This document shows, piece by piece, positions 49,123 through 59,025 of a stretch of 64,000 nucleotides of DNA (positions within the stretch are counted from its first letter, which is position 1; each line of letters begins with the position of its first letter). A program made the position numbers and the translations under genes. The stretch comes from a virus, in IMG/VR virus record IMGVR_UViG_3300032069_000005, positions 1-64,000 of that record; one strand, written 5' to 3'. The notes beneath the pieces are model-generated. The model ran no database searches. It was given only the letters and a program-made list of their open reading frames with translations, and was not told the origin of the DNA.

Positions 49123-51680
49123 TAGACAAAAATCTATTATATAAGAGATATTATGATACAATGGAAAAATACAAAGAAAATTCTATTATTGAACTTCCCA
49201 AACAATTATTCAGAATTTATTTAAATAATCCCAATGAATCTAATTTTATTGCCTTAATGGGATGCCTGGATAATTTACTTAGTAAAAATCCAGACATTAA
49301 TTTCTTTTATGTAGATAAATTATACGGAAAGTTTCTTAATGAAAAACAAAAAGAAATGATTAATCCAAAGAAAAAACTTGTCGTTCAATTGGCTCGTATC
49401 CCCTGTGCTAATTGTGGATATGAATTACGAAATTTAATAAATACCTATTCAGATAATTTTATTTCTGTATATATTTTGGGACAAGAATACCATGCCAGTT
49501 ATAAATGGTCTCTTTTTAGAAAATTTCCATATGAATTTTTTTGGAAAACGCAAAAAGAACAGTGTATTGAACTTATAAAAAAAGCAGATATAATTCACGC
49601 TCATCATCTTTGGGACTTTGAAGAAATACCAGACTTAATAAAAGATAAAATAATAATCACTACTTTATATGATATTTCGTCTTCGGGTCAGAAAAAATAC
49701 CAAGAAAGGGTTAAAAAATATAGTTCATTTATTACAGTTGCCGACCAGCCATTACAAAAGGAAATATTCAAAGAATTAACCACTTATAGTCTTCCTATAG
49801 TTAGATTTCTCTTTAATGAATCAATAATTAAAAATAATCCAGTTCCCGTTGTTGTATTCGCCCCAACTATAAAAAATTTGGGAAATGATTTACCATTATG
49901 CTCTAAAAGAAGAGAAGAAGTATTAGAAATTATTGAAAGATTAAAAAAAGAAATGAATTTTGAATTTGACTTAATTGAAGGAATTCCGTATGAAGAAAAT
50001 CTTGATAGAAAAAGAAAAGCGGATATTATAATTGACGATATGAATGATAAGTTTGAGGAATTTCATTGCACTTGTTTTTCAGATGATACCAAAGTTCTTA
50101 CTGAATCTGGATGGAAATATTTTAAAGATTTAAAAATGTCAGACAAAATATATTCATTAAATGAAAAGAAAAAAATTATAGAATTATCTAAGATTAAAAG
50201 AATTATTAAACAAAATTACAATGGAAAATTAATCAATCTCAAAAAACAAAATATTGATTTATTAATTACTCCTAATCATAGAGTAGTATATCATAATGGC
50301 TATAAAGATAAAAAATTAAAAATAAAACCAATTAAAGATTTAATTTCGAGGTGCAGAATAGATATTCCTACGTCTGGTTTTTTATATGAAAAGTTAAATA
50401 GCAAAACATATAATAAAACCGATGCTCATTGGGCAAAATTCCTGGGATTGTTTTTATCTGATGGATATAGTCATAAAAATCATATCGGATTCCATATAAG
50501 AAAAAAATCAACTATTAAAATGTTAAAAAAATGTTTACGAAAATTGCATACTCCTTATACAGAATATACATATAATAGAAATAATGTATTAGATACAATA
50601 ATAAAAATAAGAAAACCCGACACAATTCATTATGATGAACTCAGAAAATATGGGAAAACTCACGATAAATTTATTCCCTCTTATCTTTTTAAATCACATC
50701 CAAATATCATCAAGGAATTTCTGAATGGATTTATAGAAGGAGATGGAAGTATCAATAAAAATAATCAAATTACAATATATAATTCCAATAAAAATTTATT
50801 AGAAGATATTCAACAATTATATGTTTTAATAGGAGTATGCACAAATATCATTAGAACATATAATAAACAATTCAAAAAATATTTATTCAGAATCGTAATT
50901 AGAAAAAGTAAAAATATAGGAATCGAAATAAAAAAACATATTAAATTTAAAAAATATAAAGGAAAAGTAGTATGTATTGAATTAAAAACCAATTCTTTAA
51001 TATATGTAAAAAGAAAAGAAAAATGTTGTTGGAGTGGAAATTCCTTAGAGGCTGCGTGTTTCGGGGCAATTCCCTTAACCAGTTATAGCGGGGAAGATTA
51101 TCCATTCACAAAAACAAACATTAAAACTCTGGAATCTACTTTACGGTTCTATATAAATAATCCAAAAAAACTAAAAGAAGAACAACGAAGAATCGTGGAG
51201 TGGAGAAAAACATATTATACTCCAAAAAAATTATTACTTCCTTATGAAACATTATACCAAAATCTATTAGAAAATAAACAGATAAAAAAATCTAAAATCA
51301 TTGAAATAATACCTATAGAACCCCAAACTGAAGAAAAAAAAGAAATAGTAGTTAAATCAAGCCCCGAAAAAAGAATTGAGGAAATATTTAATATATTAAA
51401 TGAAAATAAAATTTATTATTGGGCTGCAAAAGATACTTTATTATCTATTTTCAAAAATATGCCAATAGATACTAACATAATAAAAATAGGAACGACCAAT
51501 AATACTATTAAACAAAATATTTTAATTTTGCTCAAGGATATAGATTTAAAAATTGAAATTGAAATAAGACCAAATCAAGAAATTAAAAAATATAGATTTT
51601 TGGATATGGATATTAATGTTCCAAAACCATTAATAAAATATTTGGAGTATTTTACAAAAAAATCATTCAAAAAAATATAA
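49119..51680 (+). CDS. GT-B-like glycosyltransferase interrupted by an intein
   Basis: ADIIH, FAPT, KRKADIIID...[intein]...SLEAACFGAIP. Confidence 0.65.
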   Translation: MIDKNLLYKRYYDTMEKYKENSIIELPKQLFRIYLNNPNESNFIALMGCLDNLLSKNPDINFFYVDKLYGKFLNEKQKEMINPKKKLVVQLARIPCANCGYELRNLINTYSDNFISVYILGQEYHASYKWSLFRKFPYEFFWKTQKEQCIELIKKADIIHAHHLWDFEEIPDLIKDKIIITTLYDISSSGQKKYQERVKKYSSFITVADQPLQKEIFKELTTYSLPIVRFLFNESIIKNNPVPVVVFAPTIKNLGNDLPLCSKRREEVLEIIERLKKEMNFEFDLIEGIPYEENLDRKRKADIIIDDMNDKFEEFHCTCFSDDTKVLTESGWKYFKDLKMSDKIYSLNEKKKIIELSKIKRIIKQNYNGKLINLKKQNIDLLITPNHRVVYHNGYKDKKLKIKPIKDLISRCRIDIPTSGFLYEKLNSKTYNKTDAHWAKFLGLFLSDGYSHKNHIGFHIRKKSTIKMLKKCLRKLHTPYTEYTYNRNNVLDTIIKIRKPDTIHYDELRKYGKTHDKFIPSYLFKSHPNIIKEFLNGFIEGDGSINKNNQITIYNSNKNLLEDIQQLYVLIGVCTNIIRTYNKQFKKYLFRIVIRKSKNIGIEIKKHIKFKKYKGKVVCIELKTNSLIYVKRKEKCCWSGNSLEAACFGAIPLTSYSGEDYPFTKTNIKTLESTLRFYINNPKKLKEEQRRIVEWRKTYYTPKKLLLPYETLYQNLLENKQIKKSKIIEIIPIEPQTEEKKEIVVKSSPEKRIEEIFNILNENKIYYWAAKDTLLSIFKNMPIDTNIIKIGTTNNTIKQNILILLKDIDLKIEIEIRPNQEIKKYRFLDMDINVPKPLIKYLEYFTKKSFKKI
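50073..51041 (+). mobile_element. intein with LAGLIDADG homing endonuclease (323 aa)
   Basis: block A CFSDDTKVLT, block B TPNH, LGLFLSDG and FLNGFIEGDGS, C-terminal SGN followed by +1 Ser. Confidence 0.88.
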
Positions 51681-51827
51681 TGTATCTCTCTCAAACAGTA
51701 TTAATCAAATATAATGAAAAGATAGTTGAAGGAAAAGTAGTAAAAATTTATGATGAAGAATTGGATATTAAATTGGATGATGGTGAAATTGTTAGAAAAA
51801 AATATTGGGAAATAAGGAGCGTGCCCA

Positions 51828-52511
51828 TTGAAAAAGAATAAAAAGAAAGAAATAGAATTAATTGATATTACCAAAATCCGGTTTGCTCCAGAATTAGAAA
51901 TCGAACTCCCTGCCAAAAAGGATTCTCAACGATTAATTGATAGAGGAAAGACCCTAAAAGGATGGGAAATTAAAGCGGATGGTAGTTTGGATAATGGCAT
52001 TGAATTATCTCCAGAAAATAGCAATCATTTATATTGGAATGAAGAATCTCTTATGCAAATAAAAGAAATCCTTGCTTTGGTTAGAGTATATAGAGGAAAA
52101 ATAAATCCAAAGACTTGCGGATTTCATCTGCATATCAATATAAAAAATTTAACTGATGCCCAAATCCTAACAATAATCAAAGAATTTATCCACAAACAAA
52201 GATATATTATAAAAAGATTTAATGTTCATCCTGATAGATTAAAAGAAACCTGTAAACTATTACCAAAAGGGGAAATAAATAAATTAACAGAAAAACAAAT
52301 TCACAAATTTAGGAATCAGAAAGAATATTCTTTTAGAAATTATGAGTATCTTGATGAAAAATATTATTCTTTAAATGTCTGCCATCTACCCAAGAGTGAT
52401 TATCAGACCATAGAATTTAGACTATTTGGCGGTAGTGTTAATTTCAGGGAAATAAAAGAAAGGATTTATTGGACACTCTGTTTTGTTCGTGATTCACTTG
52501 AAAGAGAATAG
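51828..52511 (+). CDS. putative amidoligase (COOH-NH2 ligase, Amidoligase_2-like)
   Basis: ELEIE, DGSL, ELSP, TCGFHLH, KYYSLN, TIEFRLF. Confidence 0.75.
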   Translation: MKKNKKKEIELIDITKIRFAPELEIELPAKKDSQRLIDRGKTLKGWEIKADGSLDNGIELSPENSNHLYWNEESLMQIKEILALVRVYRGKINPKTCGFHLHINIKNLTDAQILTIIKEFIHKQRYIIKRFNVHPDRLKETCKLLPKGEINKLTEKQIHKFRNQKEYSFRNYEYLDEKYYSLNVCHLPKSDYQTIEFRLFGGSVNFREIKERIYWTLCFVRDSLERE

Positions 52512-52729
52512 AATGAAAAATAATCGCCTAAAAGCGTGGTCTAAATTAATAGGTATATTATGTAGTTTTGGGTATAATAAGAGTAAAGAAAGCGGTATCT
52601 TGGGGGTAAACCAGCCTATTTTGAGGGGGTTAGCGTGCCCTAATTGCCTAAGACCATTGCCTAATAAAAAATTTCGTAGAAAATGGGGATGTAAATACTG
52701 TATCCCAAAAAAAACAACGGGGTATTGTA

Positions 52730-53476
52730 ATGGAAAATATTAAAGACTGTGTAATAATTGGGAGCGGGAAATCAATTGAACCATATCGAATTGAATTGAT
52801 AGAAAAACTCAAAGACCGATTTGTAATCGTTATAAATTATTCCTATAAGCATTTCCCACATACCTGTATGTGTTTCGGAGATAATGAATTTTATATTCCT
52901 CAAAATGCAAAAAAATATCCAGAAAAACATCCAGATATTTATGAAGAGTTAAAAAAAGAACCTCTTATTATCTATAATAATCATAAAAATGATATTATCA
53001 AATATCAGTTACCCAATACAATATTCGTCAAAAGTGGAAGCGGATACAATATTAATCCGCTTAAATCGGGATTCTATTGCCACGTTATTACAGGCATTTT
53101 TGCTCTATCACTGGCTCAGTTCTTATTGAATTATGATGGCATTATTTATATATGTGGGTTCGATTGGAATAGAACCCCGCCCAATCCTAAAATTGATATA
53201 CATTATTATTCCGACCAAGAATTAAATCATAAAGGCAAACATAAAACCGACTATTATAAAAATAATAATCCTGATAATTTCTTTGGGCATTTCAAAGAAC
53301 CCAAAATAAAAATATATAATGTATCCCAGCTTTCTTCAATCCAGAGTTTTGAAAAAATAGCTTATGAGCAAATGTTTAGTTCACTATCTAATGAACATTA
53401 TGACCAAAGTGAACTGAGACAGGAAATAAGAAAAAAATTAATTAATACCGATGGGATTATAAATTTGAATCATTAA
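52730..53476 (+). CDS. DUF115/sialyltransferase-like glycan-related protein
   Basis: CVIIGSGKSI, VIN, TG.FAL.LA, IYICGFD, IYNVS. Confidence 0.6.
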   Translation: MENIKDCVIIGSGKSIEPYRIELIEKLKDRFVIVINYSYKHFPHTCMCFGDNEFYIPQNAKKYPEKHPDIYEELKKEPLIIYNNHKNDIIKYQLPNTIFVKSGSGYNINPLKSGFYCHVITGIFALSLAQFLLNYDGIIYICGFDWNRTPPNPKIDIHYYSDQELNHKGKHKTDYYKNNNPDNFFGHFKEPKIKIYNVSQLSSIQSFEKIAYEQMFSSLSNEHYDQSELRQEIRKKLINTDGIINLNH

Positions 53477-53935
53477 TTTTAAATCTACATCTAAACTCGG
53501 AGAAATAGAAAAGCACTGAATCGTATTGTTCATTCTAACTTCCGCAAATTGATTATGAGAGTCCAAATCCATATCAATGCCATAGACCGTAAAAAACCTA
53601 CTATAAACTAAACTTAAATCCCCTTGATACTGATAAAAAACCGCAGTTTTGATAAAAGGTAGCCAAGCTATTTTCAAATTCTTAAAAAGATTATCAAATA
53701 CATAAATTCCTCTATTTCTCGTATTGGAAATCTCTCTATAAAAAGGTTCGTAATAATGAAATTTCACCCAATCATATTCTATTGTTATTATTCGATTATT
53801 TATTTGTAAAATAGAACAATCAATTTCATTATCAATTTTTTCTTGTTTCAATTTCAAATCATATAAATCATTTCCTGAAGTAATTAAATCATTGTAGAGG
53901 GTTCTTATTTTATGTTTTTCTTGTTCGTAACCCAT
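53438..53935 (-). CDS. tail-region protein, KHKIR paralog 1
   Basis: starts MGYEQEKHKIRTLYN. Confidence 0.6.
   Translation of the reverse strand: MGYEQEKHKIRTLYNDLITSGNDLYDLKLKQEKIDNEIDCSILQINNRIITIEYDWVKFHYYEPFYREISNTRNRGIYVFDNLFKNLKIAWLPFIKTAVFYQYQGDLSLVYSRFFTVYGIDMDLDSHNQFAEVRMNNTIQCFSISPSLDVDLKLMIQIYNPIGIN
53901..53930 (-). repeat. 30-bp perfect repeat shared with 54956-54985 (17-bp partial copy at 55411-55427)
   Basis: GTTCTTATTTTATGTTTTTCTTGTTCGTAA on the + strand. Confidence 0.85.
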
Positions 53936-54825
53936 TATATTTTTCTCTCTTTGGAATCTATTCCTGACTTTATGGTTATTATTTCTTTCATTTGAGTTTG
54001 GTGTTGAGGAATATCTGCTTTATATTTGTTCTTAGTAATAATTTGCCCATAGGCAGAACCCAAATGAAAATGCCAAGTTCCATCTCCCACATCGTGCCTC
54101 GTTAACTGTTGTGAATATTGAGTAAACCGCAATGAAATATCTGGTATAGCATCAACCACTTCCTGTAATTCATATAAAGATTTCATCATTATTTTTCTAT
54201 CGCTTAACTTTATATAGAATTTTCCTTTAGCAGTTATAAAAAATTTAGGAACATTTAATGTTTCCATTTCGCCTAAATAAAAAGCATCTGGATAATTTCC
54301 CTTAATTTCTAAAATTTCTCCAGGAGGAAGTGGGTCAACTCCATATGTTCCGTGTAAATCTCCGTGATATAAATGAGGTCTCAATCCCATTGAATTTTCT
54401 TCCATTCCTCCGCCAATTACCCGCAGAGTAGTTACTTGTATCCGCCAATCTTTTAAAGAATCATAATAAATATATCTGGCATAAGAAGGAGATGTATCAT
54501 AATATAATGCTACATTAGAATCGAGATAAGAATTATATATTACTCCGTGATTGGGATACTGGTAATAAGGTAAAGAAGTTTTTTGGCATACCAAAACTCC
54601 ATCTACAAAAATACTATAATAATCCATCCACGATGGAGAAATACGATAAATTGGATATATTTCTTCTTCTAATTCCCTATCATAATTTATTAATAAATCA
54701 GAGTTAATATTTTTTATCATTTCTTCTGTAATATCCAAAGATGTAGAAAATCTTTTTGTATAAGAAATTAATTTATACTGTTCTTCCGCCTGGTCTTTAA
54801 AATTAGGAATAATGAGTTCTGACAT
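53935..54825 (-). CDS. putative virion/tail protein
   Basis: 296-aa Tyr/Gly-rich ORF in the tail operon. Confidence 0.5.
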   Translation of the reverse strand: MSELIIPNFKDQAEEQYKLISYTKRFSTSLDITEEMIKNINSDLLINYDRELEEEIYPIYRISPSWMDYYSIFVDGVLVCQKTSLPYYQYPNHGVIYNSYLDSNVALYYDTSPSYARYIYYDSLKDWRIQVTTLRVIGGGMEENSMGLRPHLYHGDLHGTYGVDPLPPGEILEIKGNYPDAFYLGEMETLNVPKFFITAKGKFYIKLSDRKIMMKSLYELQEVVDAIPDISLRFTQYSQQLTRHDVGDGTWHFHLGSAYGQIITKNKYKADIPQHQTQMKEIITIKSGIDSKERKI

Positions 54826-54993
54826 TTATATAATATTCTCCCAAGCCGATTCCAAATAAATTATTCTCTTAATAGAATTTCCAGAAGGATATTTTTCTCC
54901 ACTATAATTTATGTGTTTTATATCATTCTTTAATTCTTTATTTTTATTATAGATTGTTCTTATTTTATGTTTTTCTTGTTCGTAATTCATCAT
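54826..54993 (-). CDS. short KHKIR paralog 2
   Basis: MMNYEQEKHKIRTIYN. Confidence 0.45.
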   Translation of the reverse strand: MMNYEQEKHKIRTIYNKNKELKNDIKHINYSGEKYPSGNSIKRIIYLESAWENII

Positions 54994-55444
54994 AGTATTT
55001 GGGATAATCAATAAATAATTTAATTTTTAATCTAATTGTGCTCACAGGAACATCATCTGGTAATGCTCCCAAAAATCCAAAATTAATCTGTAACATATAT
55101 ATAATCTCATCCGTAGATTCATTGAGAATTGTTTTAAAATATTCATAAGTAAAAATATTAAAATCATAATCGTCAAAACATTCATCATATGCTTCTAAAG
55201 GATAATAAATATAATTTATTTTTAAATAGGGAAGGATTTTTTTTGGAAAATTCTTTAATAATAATTCAAGTGTATATACTGGTTCTCCGATTGTATCTTC
55301 CAAAACATATTCCGCCTGTTTCTTTATATAATTAATACTTTTCCGTTCAATAATTTCTTTTTTTAATTTATCATATTCAGTATATTTTTCTTCAATTTTA
55401 TTATAGAGTATTCTTATTTTATGTTTTGTTAAATCATAATTCAT
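54965..55444 (-). CDS. tail-region protein, KHKIR paralog 3
   Basis: MNYDLTKHKIRILYN; KNFPKKILPYLK resembles KNLKIAWLPFIK of paralog 1. Confidence 0.55.
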   Translation of the reverse strand: MNYDLTKHKIRILYNKIEEKYTEYDKLKKEIIERKSINYIKKQAEYVLEDTIGEPVYTLELLLKNFPKKILPYLKINYIYYPLEAYDECFDDYDFNIFTYEYFKTILNESTDEIIYMLQINFGFLGALPDDVPVSTIRLKIKLFIDYPKYYDELRTRKT

Positions 55445-55445
55445 A

Positions 55446-58400
55446 TTATTCTTCTTCTTCTTTTTCATCTACATATTCTTCGTTTGCCAAATCAAATTTT
55501 CCGCTGACTTTCTGAAATTCTCCCGCAATCACCAAGGGCTCTATGGGATATTCCCCATCTAATAATTCTATTTCATAATTTGATTTTATATTATCACAAG
55601 TCAGATTTACTTTCATTGTGCCAGAATCAATTGATATTTGTTTAATACTTACCGGAAATCCATTAGAATTTTTATAGATATTTTTATGAGTTGTGTTTAT
55701 GATGTTTACTCTATTCAACAATTTTAATTTATAATATAAATAAGCATCAATATGTAAGTCTAAATTAACTGATGTTATAGGAAGAATATTCCCATTGATA
55801 TTTTTTAATTTTTTATATTCAATTGCAGCAACATCTTCAACATATTGAAGATAATCATAAGTTTCTCCATCTGTGCCCCAATAGAGCCCATCTACTTTAT
55901 CTATATATCTTTGGCAGGATATTCTTTTCCCATTTTTACAAGATACTTCTTTATAAGGAGCTTCACCAACTAAATAATATCCTAATTCAACTTCTAAATC
56001 ATCAAATATTTCTTGCTCTATGTAATTTGCCCATAAAACTTCATATAAATCTCCACTTAAAGGAGCTAAATTCGTTCCTATATAAAGATGAGGTTCATCG
56101 CTTGGGGAGAATATATACCCTCCCCAACTCGTTTCACCAATCAAACCATAGACCTGTATTGTTACATACCAAAAATAGCTATATCCTGGTTTAAATTTAA
56201 AAGTTCCTTCTTCCATCTGCTCTGCGAGTTTTTTTTCGTCCATATAATTAAAACCCATTATTACACGTTCTGTTATTTTTGTTCCTTTATTTATTTTTAT
56301 CCCTTTATAATATTTTGGACTTTCTTCTTTGTTATCTACTCTTGGAGTAGCTTTCGTAAAATTATCATTGCTTTTATTTGCTTCAATATAGCCATAAGCC
56401 CCTTGAAAACTACCAAATATTAGTGCATTTGCTCTTTTACTAGTCCATTTAAATCCATTCCAAAACATTCCGGCTTCTGAAATAATTATAATTTGATTAT
56501 CAATATAAGGATTGTCAATAGAAACATCATTAATCAAAACATCATATAAATGCAATTGCTCATTCGGGGCAGTTAGAGGCAAATCTATCGTCCTTAAACC
56601 ATAATTCGAATTTATTTCATCTGATTCACAAGAAACTTCTACTGATTCTGATTCGCTTGATGCCTGTAATGCGATTATTTTTCCTATAAATTCGGGGTTA
56701 CTTTCTCTATTTGTAAAATAAATTTTTACTATATTATTATCAGTTATTCTCGTCGGATTATTCAAATCATCGTGTTTACGAGTCAATGTAAAAGTCGCAG
56801 TGCTCTTATTATCCGCAGTATGCGTTATTTTTATACTATTTAATTTTAAATCATTATCCGCTAATTCTGTTCCATTTATCTTAATATGGAAATCTTCTAT
56901 CCCTAATGGAGATAAAGAAACATCTTTATATATTATTTTATTAACTCGCAAATCTGTTTCAATTATTGATTGTGATAATTTTTTTGCTCTCAAATCAGTA
57001 TTTATCAATGCCCCGAATCCGGCGGATAAATAAGTATTTATTAATTCTTGTTCTGACCTTCTTACTCTTAAATCCATATTTATGATGGATTTTTCAGATT
57101 CATCTAAAACAAATAAACTCTCATCTGCTTCTAAATCAGAAGCAAATGTAATTAAATAATCTTCACTATGAGATATTGAGTATAATTGTTTATTTTCTCC
57201 TAAATAAAATGATGTATATGAAGATGGGTCAATCAAACTAACTTTTATAATATATCCATTATTAGAAGATAAGTATAAATATTCTCTATCGTGATTAATT
57301 ACCAAATCTTTTGCATTTAATTTCCCAGTTAAAGTATATATAGTATAAATACTTGGGTCATATAAATATACCTTAATTACTTTTATGGGGTTAGTATCAG
57401 TTACTATATAAATATGGCTATTATGTATAAATTTATTATGACAAACTTCTACTATATTTGCATTGGAAATAATAGTTTGCTTTGTATTATCTATATAAGC
57501 GGAGGATGTAATATTCTGAGTTATATTTCCTTTAATATGTGCAACTGATGTAATTGTTTTTGTAATAAAATGGCTTTCTTCCGCACCGGCCGAGGAATAG
57601 GTAGGTTCTGTGGCAACATATTTTTTTACAATAAAATCATCAAATATTGCGTTTATTTGCGGTGCACCTGAAGAAGTATCAAATACCAATAATCCAAGAT
57701 ATTCATTGGTTATTGTATTTGTTCCAGCATTAGAAACTGAAAGAGTAAAAGAATCTGTTCCATAAAGACCATTATATGTAGTAGAAACTTTACGCAAACC
57801 AATCCAAAAATTAGTTCCGGTATAATTTATTGTTTGTATAGTAGTTGCAGTATTTTTAGCGAAACCGATGTGTTGCCCACCACCATATTGCCTTAAAAAG
57901 TATACCCAATTAGTATCACTACTATAATTTATCATTCCAGCGTTATGATAATTTGTCGTTGGAGAAAATTTTAAATGAACTAATGCTTCGTGGTCTACTG
58001 TTATTGCGGTCTTTCTTTTCAATATTGGTGCAGTCCAAGTCCCATTCCAAAATTCCGTATCAGTGGTTTTTATATTAAGTTCATCTGGGCTGGTTACTCC
58101 TTCGTCCCAATTTCCAACTGACTCTCTAACCCATTCCCATTTATCAGTATTTAAACTTTCATCATCAAACCCATCATAAAATAAAAAAGTGTTTTCCCCA
58201 TTACTTACATTATCTGCTCCAGATTTCCCATAATAACAATATACATCTTGATTGGTTTCAAGACTATCGGCGACTTCCAACCAAATATAAGCAATCCTAT
58301 TTGGAGTAGTTCCAGTAACTTGTTCTACCCAAAAATCTAATAAAGTAGTGCCATCAGAAGAAGTAAATCTCAAATCTCCAGAATCATTTTTATCGGATGG

Positions 58401-58550
58401 AAAATCTGAAGAATTTCCCTCTGTGTGAAAATTAACTCCCGCAGAACCAGAACTTTCGCCAACCTTTAATCTAACTTGATAGTTAGTCCCTGCTCCAGCC
58501 TGTCCTGTAATAGTTACTTTTTTTCTATAAGTCCAACTATCTAACCACAT
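55446..58550 (-). CDS. large tail/baseplate protein with N-terminal DUF2341-like and lectin-like domains
   Basis: W..WTYRKKVTI, DLRFTSSDGTTLLDFWVE, YCYYG; beta-rich; located downstream of the tape measure gene. Confidence 0.7.
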   Translation of the reverse strand: MWLDSWTYRKKVTITGQAGAGTNYQVRLKVGESSGSAGVNFHTEGNSSDFPSDKNDSGDLRFTSSDGTTLLDFWVEQVTGTTPNRIAYIWLEVADSLETNQDVYCYYGKSGADNVSNGENTFLFYDGFDDESLNTDKWEWVRESVGNWDEGVTSPDELNIKTTDTEFWNGTWTAPILKRKTAITVDHEALVHLKFSPTTNYHNAGMINYSSDTNWVYFLRQYGGGQHIGFAKNTATTIQTINYTGTNFWIGLRKVSTTYNGLYGTDSFTLSVSNAGTNTITNEYLGLLVFDTSSGAPQINAIFDDFIVKKYVATEPTYSSAGAEESHFITKTITSVAHIKGNITQNITSSAYIDNTKQTIISNANIVEVCHNKFIHNSHIYIVTDTNPIKVIKVYLYDPSIYTIYTLTGKLNAKDLVINHDREYLYLSSNNGYIIKVSLIDPSSYTSFYLGENKQLYSISHSEDYLITFASDLEADESLFVLDESEKSIINMDLRVRRSEQELINTYLSAGFGALINTDLRAKKLSQSIIETDLRVNKIIYKDVSLSPLGIEDFHIKINGTELADNDLKLNSIKITHTADNKSTATFTLTRKHDDLNNPTRITDNNIVKIYFTNRESNPEFIGKIIALQASSESESVEVSCESDEINSNYGLRTIDLPLTAPNEQLHLYDVLINDVSIDNPYIDNQIIIISEAGMFWNGFKWTSKRANALIFGSFQGAYGYIEANKSNDNFTKATPRVDNKEESPKYYKGIKINKGTKITERVIMGFNYMDEKKLAEQMEEGTFKFKPGYSYFWYVTIQVYGLIGETSWGGYIFSPSDEPHLYIGTNLAPLSGDLYEVLWANYIEQEIFDDLEVELGYYLVGEAPYKEVSCKNGKRISCQRYIDKVDGLYWGTDGETYDYLQYVEDVAAIEYKKLKNINGNILPITSVNLDLHIDAYLYYKLKLLNRVNIINTTHKNIYKNSNGFPVSIKQISIDSGTMKVNLTCDNIKSNYEIELLDGEYPIEPLVIAGEFQKVSGKFDLANEEYVDEKEEEE

Positions 58551-58551
58551 T

Positions 58552-59010
58552 TTATTCCTCTATAATGAAATTACCGCTTTCATCAATTTGTAATACTATT
58601 TTTTTATTGAATCCGTGATTATCTAAATATTGATAGCCCAAATGGTATATTATTTCTACTTTCTTTTGTTTTAAATCTTGTAATCCAAAAGTCATATAAA
58701 CTCTTCTAAAATAAATAAGACGTATGTTATTTTTTTTAACTTCGGGGTTTCTATAAGGTATAATGAGGTCATTAAATCCTATAATTCCTTCTTGTAAATT
58801 TACTGTAAATAATTTGCCTTGCTTATTTGTCAAATTGAAATAAATTAAATCATTAAATTTATTTAACACTTCTCGAAATTCGTGTATAGTTCCATCTTCA
58901 TCAAGTTGATTTATTTTTGTTCCATCGGAAAATATGGCAAACCAAAAAAAAGTAAGGTCAGATATTGAATTACCGACCTCTGAATTTTTTTTGCCAATTG
59001 AATTCGACAT
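58552..59010 (-). CDS. hypothetical protein in the tail operon
   Basis: W.A.FSDGT.I.Q and RLIYFRR pattern. Confidence 0.55.
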   Translation of the reverse strand: MSNSIGKKNSEVGNSISDLTFFWFAIFSDGTKINQLDEDGTIHEFREVLNKFNDLIYFNLTNKQGKLFTVNLQEGIIGFNDLIIPYRNPEVKKNNIRLIYFRRVYMTFGLQDLKQKKVEIIYHLGYQYLDNHGFNKKIVLQIDESGNFIIEE

Positions 59011-59025
59011 TTTTTATTCTCCAAA

